DNA of 64,000 nt from Eubacteriales bacterium (GTDB lineage: Bacteria > Bacillota > Clostridia > Oscillospirales > CAG-272), in the NCBI GenBank assembly GCA_045652425.1, contig JAZRUG010000032.1:111858-175857 (forward strand), written 5' to 3'. This document shows, one piece after another, positions 50,648 to 57,153 of the stretch. Within the stretch, counting starts at the first letter, position 1. Each line of letters starts with the position of its first letter. The position numbers and the translations under genes are program-made. The notes beneath the pieces were generated by a model. The model was not told the DNA's origin. It searched no databases and saw only the letters and a program-made list of their open reading frames with translations.

Positions 50648-51817
50648 ATGAAAAACTCAGTAATTCTTCCTGCTGCTCTGCAGCTCTGCGTTGACGACAT
50701 CGGTTGGTTTAGAGGCTCAGATGACAGATACGTAGGAAAACCCTCACGTACAGGTATGCCGAGAACACACGTAGCAGAAGACTATATCATTCTGAACGAA
50801 ATCGGTAAAGCCATTAACCAAAAGATCGTTGCTCCCTTCGTTATCGGCGAATGGGATAAGGATAACATTCTTCGCGGCGAAATCGGTGCGACTTACGAAC
50901 CGGAAAACTGGGACAGAAGAAAAATCATTAATATGGAACTTGCAGAAAAGTGCTTTGAAGCGTCTGAAAGTTCTGAATATATCGAAAACTGCCATCACGG
51001 TCTCCTCCACGGAAACTATGATGCCAACGGTGGTCAGATAACAGAATTGGAACACTTCTATTATAAGAACCCCGGCGAAAAACTTCTCTACACTTTACCC
51101 AAAGACGATATTGAACGCAGATTCGAACTCTACTTCAAAATCTACGATTCTTGGGGCTTCAAAAAACCTATTCGTACATTCTCTTCCCCCACAAACGTTC
51201 CGAAAAACTTAAAGGCAGAAGACGTTATTCCTCTTGCTGAAGTTTTGGAAGAATACGGTATGAAATATTGGTTTAACCGTTGGAAAGGTCAGATTTGTTA
51301 CTCTGAATTTATCGGTAACACATTATATATTGAAAAACACAGAAAATTCGGTATTCCGTGGAATGCTTACGACTTCGACCCCGAATATCTCTTTGATTTC
51401 TACGAAGAAAAAGACGGCGAAATCGGTGATATTATGAGTACTCACTGGCCCAACTTCTTAAGATTCAACTACCAGAAGAATATGGAATGTCTTGAACCTT
51501 GGGTTAAATGGTTCAAAAAACAGGCTGAAATTTTTGGAGTTATGCTTTCAAGAGATATTGCATTTTGTTGCAATCAGCATATTTACAGAAAATATAGCGA
51601 CCTCACCTTCGACAACAACGTATTGACTATTGACGTTTCAGGCGCAGTTAGCTTCTCAAAGCTTCCTCTTGATGATGAATTCTATATCAGCATCAAGAGC
51701 GACCTTGTTCCCTTTGACGTTCAAGGTGGTACAATCGAGCTTTATGAAAGCCACAAGGACTTTAATAACTACAAAATTACACGTTCAAGCGATAAGATTG
51801 TAATTACACTTAACTAA
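50648..51817 (+). CDS. Polysaccharide-deacetylase-like protein, paralog 3 of 3
   Basis: MKNSVILPAALQLCVDDIGW..HHGLLH..HWPN. Same RBS context as paralog 2. Confidence 0.65.
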   Translation: MKNSVILPAALQLCVDDIGWFRGSDDRYVGKPSRTGMPRTHVAEDYIILNEIGKAINQKIVAPFVIGEWDKDNILRGEIGATYEPENWDRRKIINMELAEKCFEASESSEYIENCHHGLLHGNYDANGGQITELEHFYYKNPGEKLLYTLPKDDIERRFELYFKIYDSWGFKKPIRTFSSPTNVPKNLKAEDVIPLAEVLEEYGMKYWFNRWKGQICYSEFIGNTLYIEKHRKFGIPWNAYDFDPEYLFDFYEEKDGEIGDIMSTHWPNFLRFNYQKNMECLEPWVKWFKKQAEIFGVMLSRDIAFCCNQHIYRKYSDLTFDNNVLTIDVSGAVSFSKLPLDDEFYISIKSDLVPFDVQGGTIELYESHKDFNNYKITRSSDKIVITLN

Positions 51818-51820
51818 ACT

Positions 51821-51852
51821 TATGAACCCCTTTTCACGAAAAGGGGTTCATA
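51821..51852 (+). terminator. Intrinsic terminator
   Basis: TATGAACCCCTTTT-cacg-AAAAGGGGTTCATA. Confidence 0.8.
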
Positions 51853-52012
51853 TTTTCATTTTAATGAAATTAATATTGTACATCTTTTTAAAAGCATTAA
51901 TTAAAATTGTGTATTGCAAAAAAAAGCTATTGATTATATAATTGAATTAAGATAAGTAAAAAATAAAAGTTTTGATTCCTATCAAAACTAAAAATCAAGG
52001 AGACTATGAATT

Positions 52013-53233
52013 ATGTGTATCAATCCGTTACGTCAAAAAGTTGTTGACTATATGAAAAATATGGCAACAATTGAATGGATCCCCGACGAAAATTTTGTAA
52101 CCTATAATCCCGGTAATAGAGGAGGATGTACTTCACAACTTTGCGTATACCGCAAAGGCGTTAAATACTACGGACCTCCTTACATTAACGGAAATATGAC
52201 TAACGCTGAAACATTCAATGACAAGCGTGTCGGAGCGTACATTCCCTTCCCCGGAACAGAAGAGGAACTTAATAAAATTGATTCTGTTGCTTCCCTTAAA
52301 GCAATTGGTGGAGAAATCCTTGAAACCTCTATCAAAAATGCATTCACTTTCCCCGGAAATGACTGTATGGGTGCTGTTCAAATCGCTTGGAACGCTGCTA
52401 TAAACAACAATGAGAAAATGCAGAAATTGCAGTTCTGTAATAACACCATCCCCTTTGAAGGCGCTTGTGTTATTCCTGTAGGCGAATACGTTTGCAACCC
52501 TGATCACGGCAACAACACAGACCTTATCTGTGAAGAAAACGGCGAACAGGTTATGGCTAAAGCATACGCTCAACTTCTCCCCGGCGATGCTGTTACTCAC
52601 GTAAAATCACGCGATAGTAATGCACGTCATATCAGACTTGTTGTCGGCGAACCTTACGTTGAATACAAAACCCTTGAAAACGGCGAAAAAGTTATTAATA
52701 TGGATATAAGTTACGTTAAACTTCTTGACCAAGCAGGAGGCGCATCAAGACGTTACGTTAAGGGACCTATCAAGGCTTCAATGCAAGAGCACGAATGGAA
52801 GTTTATCGACCTTTATAACGGTGCAGATTTGCCTATAACGCTTCCTGAACTCGTATCCGGCGACAACGGCGTAGAAAATACTGTTCTTGAAGATGCTGTA
52901 ATTGACACTCTCTTCACTGAAAAGAAAATATCCGGTAAAGTAACTTCTAACAGACAGATTATTTATGCAAGAGCTGAAATAACCGACGGCACTACCGTTT
53001 ATACAATAAAAGACATTGTTCCTATGGCTATCCGCCACAAGAGAAACTACCACAACCCCGTTTATGATCTTGAAAACCTTGATTTCTCTTGCTTTAACTT
53101 TAAGGAAGACACACAATATACGTTCAATCTCTTTGTATGTACTTCGGGTAACGAAGGCAAAGAAATTAACCTCGTTAAAGACTTTAAACGCGAAGGCAGA
53201 TACAGAAACGGTTGGACCTACGAGGAACTATAA
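52013..53233 (+). CDS. Hypothetical protein, possibly NlpC/P60-like (Cys-His) fold
   Basis: 406 aa with an AAGGAG RBS. GNDCMGAV..LLPGDAV..HIRLV spacing. No signal peptide. Confidence 0.55.
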   Translation: MCINPLRQKVVDYMKNMATIEWIPDENFVTYNPGNRGGCTSQLCVYRKGVKYYGPPYINGNMTNAETFNDKRVGAYIPFPGTEEELNKIDSVASLKAIGGEILETSIKNAFTFPGNDCMGAVQIAWNAAINNNEKMQKLQFCNNTIPFEGACVIPVGEYVCNPDHGNNTDLICEENGEQVMAKAYAQLLPGDAVTHVKSRDSNARHIRLVVGEPYVEYKTLENGEKVINMDISYVKLLDQAGGASRRYVKGPIKASMQEHEWKFIDLYNGADLPITLPELVSGDNGVENTVLEDAVIDTLFTEKKISGKVTSNRQIIYARAEITDGTTVYTIKDIVPMAIRHKRNYHNPVYDLENLDFSCFNFKEDTQYTFNLFVCTSGNEGKEINLVKDFKREGRYRNGWTYEEL

Positions 53234-53342
53234 ATTAATTTCAAGCAGTTACATTTTTGGTAACTGCTTGTTTTTTTGTATTATTTTTAAAAACCATTGA
53301 CATGTTGACGCAAAAATGATAAAATACAAAAGTACTATATTT

Positions 53343-53429
53343 GCGGGTATGGCGGAATTGGCAGACGCGCTAGATTCAGGTTCTAGTGAGGGCAACTTCA
53401 TGCAGGTTCAAGTCCTGTTACCCGCACCA
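53343..53429 (+). tRNA. tRNA-Leu(CAG)
   Basis: GCGGGTA acceptor stem, CTAGA-TT-CAG-GT-TCTAG anticodon arm, long variable arm, GTTCAA and CCA. TTGACA-17-TAAAAT promoter at 53297. Confidence 0.96.
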
Positions 53430-53524
53430 AGTCTTAATAGCTTGAACCTCTTTACCGTTGGTAAGATGTTCGGGCTATTTTGCTTTATGTCGGAGTATGA
53501 AAACTTCGAAGAATAAAGGCATAG

Positions 53525-53559
53525 CAAAGCCGCAGGCGAATTTTCGTCTGCGGCTTTGT
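53525..53559. terminator. Hairpin / terminator at the island's left end
   Basis: CAAAGCCGCAGGCGAA-tt-TTCGTCTGCGGCTTTG. Confidence 0.7.
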
Positions 53560-53575
53560 GTATTCAGGTATTCCC

Positions 53576-53797
53576 TTATGCTTCTATTTCATCAAGTTTG
53601 TTTTCTTGGTTGCTTACTCTTTTCTCGGTGCTGTCAGCGCCCTGTTTTTTACGAGCCTTCCATTCTGCATAGTCTCGTTTTCCTTCTTCGGATGCAAGAT
53701 ACTCCCGCATAATCGGCAGTAGTATTCGTGCCAAAGATTCCATTTCATATTCGGGGATACCTAAATCATTGCGAGGGATTTTCTTTTTTCTCGGCAT
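53576..53797 (-). CDS. Small mobile-element protein (73 aa)
   Basis: AAAGGA RBS. IPEYEMESLARILLP..Y..SEEG..YAEWK pattern; downstream of the tyrosine recombinase. Function unknown. Confidence 0.7.
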   Translation of the reverse strand: MPRKKKIPRNDLGIPEYEMESLARILLPIMREYLASEEGKRDYAEWKARKKQGADSTEKRVSNQENKLDEIEA

Positions 53798-53827
53798 GAT
53801 ATAGTTATCCTTTCTTTTTTGATTTGA

Positions 53828-54790
53828 TCACTCTTCATAGATTTTCGTGATTCCGGAACGATGATGACCGAGTCGCTCTGAGACCTCTCGTCTTGCCTGT
53901 TCCTCATTCATACCACGGGCAATAAGTCTTTCTTCCGTCTTTTGTGCGTAAGTGTGCCGTATTGCATGCCAACCGTAACCGCTGTCTGCTCGCTCTTTCT
54001 TGCCCTCTTTGACCTGAGTCTTTCGATCGGGACCCAAAATTTCGTCAATATGATTGCTCATCCAATTGGTCAATGCTGTCTTTACTTTCTTCACGCTATT
54101 CTTGTGATTATCGCAGAACAAATAATTGCTTGACTTCTTTCCGTCTGCTTTAGCAATATTTAAAATTCTTTGTAGCACTATAACTTGTTCTTCTGTATCA
54201 AGCGGAATAGCTCTTGCCTGACCGCCTTTTCCGTTGGGTATGTGTAACTGTTTTGATTTAAGAGCTTCTTCCAATTGATAGATTCTTAATGTGACAAGCT
54301 CATTCTTTCGCAGACCAAAATGGTAAACAATATATACCCCAAACACTACGTCACGTCTGTCTCCGCTTTTTGCTACATCTACCATTTTCGTCAGTTCACT
54401 GTCAAGGAATCCTTTGTTGTACTTGCCGACCTCTCGCTTCTCTAAATCCAGCTTCTTGTTCTCGGGCAGTTTGTTCTTGCAATTTGAATGCTTGTGCCAA
54501 AATCGGATTGCGGATAACTCGGTCAGAATATACGATGCGCTTTTTCCGTTTGCTTGAAGGAAATCAACGTAGGCGAAGATGTGCTTGGCAGAAACATTCT
54601 TAACATTCTCAAGACGAAATTCAACTGCAAGGAATTTGGCAAAGCGGTCTTCAAGCGCAGGGTGATAACGCCTTCTTGTTTCAATCGATCCATTGTTACA
54701 GTTATTAATATCGCGCCTGAACTGAACTGCAAGGTTGTTCGCCATATTCGCTTGCATCTCGGTTAATTCATACTTAATCTGAACGCCCAT
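53828..54790 (-). CDS. Tyrosine recombinase (Integrase_1 / phage-integrase N-terminal-like)
   Basis: Complete catalytic set: FGLR, NGKGG, HAIR, LGH, KIY. N-terminal GS.ETRRRY..KHI..YV..G.S..ELSAIR. AAGGAGGTG RBS before the ATG at 54790. Confidence 0.92.
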   Translation of the reverse strand: MGVQIKYELTEMQANMANNLAVQFRRDINNCNNGSIETRRRYHPALEDRFAKFLAVEFRLENVKNVSAKHIFAYVDFLQANGKSASYILTELSAIRFWHKHSNCKNKLPENKKLDLEKREVGKYNKGFLDSELTKMVDVAKSGDRRDVVFGVYIVYHFGLRKNELVTLRIYQLEEALKSKQLHIPNGKGGQARAIPLDTEEQVIVLQRILNIAKADGKKSSNYLFCDNHKNSVKKVKTALTNWMSNHIDEILGPDRKTQVKEGKKERADSGYGWHAIRHTYAQKTEERLIARGMNEEQARREVSERLGHHRSGITKIYEE

Positions 54791-54912
54791 AGGACTTTCA
54801 CCTCCTTTCTGCAAATTTTGCAAACGAAAATTTCAATGTTTTCGTTTGTACTGTTGTAGTAATGCATTGCAAAAAGGGGTGTTTTCAAGAAAAATACAAA
54901 AATTTCTTGAGC

Positions 54913-54951
54913 AAAAAAAGCAGGGGCGAAAGATTTATCTTTCACCTCTGC
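54913..54951 (-). terminator. Intrinsic terminator about 120 nt upstream of the tyrosine recombinase
   Basis: Minus strand GCAGAGGTGAAAGAT-aa-ATCTTTCGCCCCTGC followed by T7. Confidence 0.75.
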
Positions 54952-54994
54952 GTTTTGCTGACGAAAATAATGTCCGAGACCAAAATTTATGAGC

Positions 54995-55585
54995 TATCAT
55001 CTCGAAACGAAAATTTTCGCCGTCATATCGATACGACTATCATATATCATTCCAAAAGGACAGCATACTTTCAAACTTGAGGGGACTCTTTTTCAGCCGA
55101 CTGTTTTGTGTGTGATACGGCTTGTACCTATACCGCTTGTCCGTATTACACATAAAACAGCCGGAACGCCGAAGGCGAAAAAACGCCTCCCTACAATTAA
55201 TCTATAGGACCTCATTTCAAAGAGAGAATCATACATTATCATTTCGAAATCATAGATTCTCATATATCATTTCAAAAAGACCGCGGCAAGGCATAGCTAT
55301 CCCATTGGCACGTGAGGCTATTTCTCGTGTCATTTCTTCTGTTTTCTTTCTCTATGCTCTAAAAATGCCTTGCCGTACGGCGACTTCAATAGTATTTTCG
55401 TCGCCGTTTCTATTTTCTTCGCCAATAGAAACGGCGACGCTTTCAAAAAGACAATCATCAATCATTTCAAAATGAGCCGTTCCACTTATCATAGAACAGT
55501 TATTGGGGAGATAACTGCTATGCGGGACTTTTCATATATCATCTCGAAACGATAATCATAGAGCATATCGAAAAGTGTATCATAT
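54995..55585. repeat. Clustered direct repeats, consensus TATCATYTCRAAANGA
   Basis: Copies at 54995, 55023, 55045, 55212, 55237, 55265, 55441 (partial), 55460, 55537 and 55563 (degenerate). The 54995 and 55537 copies are identical over 16 bp. Confidence 0.85.
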
Positions 55586-55868
55586 TTGATTGTGTAACAA
55601 TGAAGGTGAGTACAGCGGATATAATCCGGCGCATACCTGCCACGTGACAGGCGTCAGATACTCGCGTACTGACAGCGCAGTGCCGTATACTGTAACTGCT
55701 TACAGTGCCTACTTAATTCGGTCGACGGCAAGGATTTCATTTACCATTTGAAATCCGGGAAACTTCGGCTGTGACCTTTGTCGCACAGAGACAGCGGTTA
55801 AATTGACCGTGCCGCACACGGTTGACTGCTTGGCAGATCTTTTGCTTTGGCTGTGGGGTCAGCCTTTG

Positions 55869-55976
55869 CTATCCACCATTTTCATTCACAGCCGCAGTCT
55901 GCCGTGAACCGTTCGTTGCCTTGTCACTTAAATTTGAACGTTGTAGGCAATACTTTCTTGGGATTTGTCCTTTCAT
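55869..55976 (-). CDS. Putative 35-aa small ORF MKGQIPRKYCLQRSNLSDKATNGSRQTAAVNENGG
   Basis: AAGGAGG RBS (55990-55984) 7 nt before the ATG. Below the ORF-track cutoff. Confidence 0.45.
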   Translation of the reverse strand: MKGQIPRKYCLQRSNLSDKATNGSRQTAAVNENGG

Positions 55977-56057
55977 TTGAATTCCTCCTTCATTGTCATA
56001 AATATATTTTGACTCCAAAGCAGGCTCCTTGCCTGCTGGAGAACAAAAACAAGGTAC

Positions 56058-56086
56058 AAAAAAGCACCTACCCGAAGATAAGTGCT
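56058..56086 (-). terminator. Leader terminator / possible attenuator
   Basis: AGCACUUAUC-UUCG-GGUAGGUGCU-UUUUU, with a cUUCGg loop and G.U pairs only on the minus strand. Confidence 0.8.
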
Positions 56087-56179
56087 GCTGTTGCTGTATA
56101 CGGAAGGAAACATACTACCTCGAAGGTTCTACTGAGTTTGGTTTTGAATGCTTCCTTCATATTTTTTAAGCTCATATAT

Positions 56180-56208
56180 AATATAATCGATTTTGGGGCA
56201 ATCGTCAA
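56180..56208 (-). promoter_or_regulatory. SigA-type promoter firing into the non-coding region
   Basis: TTGACG-17-TATATT. Confidence 0.6.
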
Positions 56209-56260
56209 GGTGGTGTGACACAATTATTTTTAAATTCCAATCACAAACGTTACATTACGA

Positions 56261-56297
56261 AATACACGTCAGATGTTACCATCTGACGTGTGTTATT
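56261..56297 (-). terminator. Hairpin downstream of the cargo operon
   Basis: ACACGTCAGATG-ttac-CATCTGACGTGT, about 60 nt after the stop of 56356-57129. Confidence 0.6.
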
Positions 56298-56355
56298 TTT
56301 GTGCATTGTTTAAGTGTTTTTGAAATTTTGTATTATACACTCAGTTTAAAAAGGT

Positions 56356-57129
56356 TTAGTACAATTCTTCGACACCCTTACTATTGTATCTTTCTTCTCG
56401 TAATGGTTCTTTATCTCCTGTTACGTAACGAATGAGTGTTCTAATGCGCTTCCAATCCATATCGTTTATTTCTGCCAAAGAACCATTGTCCAAACGAGCA
56501 AAATATAGTTTAGGAGTACCGTCCGAAAATTTCCCATCACAATACACTATAAAATGATCATGACTGTCAGTGAACTCAAAACTCAAGACTACTTCCACCG
56601 TTGTTTCTGAACCGTCAGAATTTTCAATAATCATGCGCTTATTATTGGTAGTGGCATCTCCTGCTGTAGCAATATTTTGCTGCCACTCTCTGATTAGATT
56701 TTTTGGAATGTTATCCATTGCAACATTAACTATTTTAAATTCCTCATTGTTGATAAACTTGCCAACTGTTAATTTTACTTTTGTTCCTCTAAACACAATT
56801 GTATTTGATACAGGGCATTGCTTAACGACGACAACATTATCATCAACTATCAGTGAATATTTCAATTTTTCTCTTTCCAAAAAGAGTATTGCATCTTTTA
56901 TTTTAAGTCCTGTTACATCTGGAACAATAGAAAAGAACATATTCAGTATGGTAGTTATCGATGAAAAAATATTAATTGTTAACAAAATGTACCAAAACAA
57001 AGGTTCAATCTCTATTCCTATTGCAATATGAGAAATCAGTGTAAATAAATCCAGCAAGATGGCACACAAAATAAAAATGACACGTATAAATACATTTTTC
57101 TTTAGGAAAATCCAGCTAATGTATGTCAT
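56356..57129 (-). CDS. Membrane protein: 2 TM + PASTA-like domain + DUF1292-like domain
   Basis: VPDVTGLKIKDAI..L..KL..VVKQCP..GTKVKLTV (PASTA). IIENSDGSETTVEVVLSFE..FIVY..LAEIND.DW..I (DUF1292-like). Confidence 0.65.
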   Translation of the reverse strand: MTYISWIFLKKNVFIRVIFILCAILLDLFTLISHIAIGIEIEPLFWYILLTINIFSSITTILNMFFSIVPDVTGLKIKDAILFLEREKLKYSLIVDDNVVVVKQCPVSNTIVFRGTKVKLTVGKFINNEEFKIVNVAMDNIPKNLIREWQQNIATAGDATTNNKRMIIENSDGSETTVEVVLSFEFTDSHDHFIVYCDGKFSDGTPKLYFARLDNGSLAEINDMDWKRIRTLIRYVTGDKEPLREERYNSKGVEELY

Positions 57130-57153
57130 ATCTAGTTTCTTGTAACCAGGCGA

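Larger units (their letters stand above)
54913..56175 (-). ncRNA. Putative long structured non-coding transcript (family unassigned)
   Basis: No credible long ORF. Dense hairpins and repeated motifs, bounded by a promoter (56208-56180) and a terminator (54951-54913). Transcription is inferred only. Confidence 0.45.

Noticed and set aside
53316-53516. 66-aa ORF as an independent gene
   Set aside because: It overlaps the tRNA-Leu(CAG) and its promoter. Only the post-tRNA tail is kept, as a speculative finding.
54995-55585. CRISPR array
   Set aside because: The repeats are about 16 bp, degenerate and irregularly spaced, and there are no cas genes in the window.
54913-56175. Retron msr-msd, DGR template or group II intron
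   Set aside because: No reverse transcriptase in the island, no TR/VR pair, and no domain V motif recognised.
54763-56435. Short tracked ORFs (54862, 54989, 55122, 55370, 55847, 56193) as genes
   Set aside because: No convincing RBS; they overlap each other and simply translate the repeats and hairpins.
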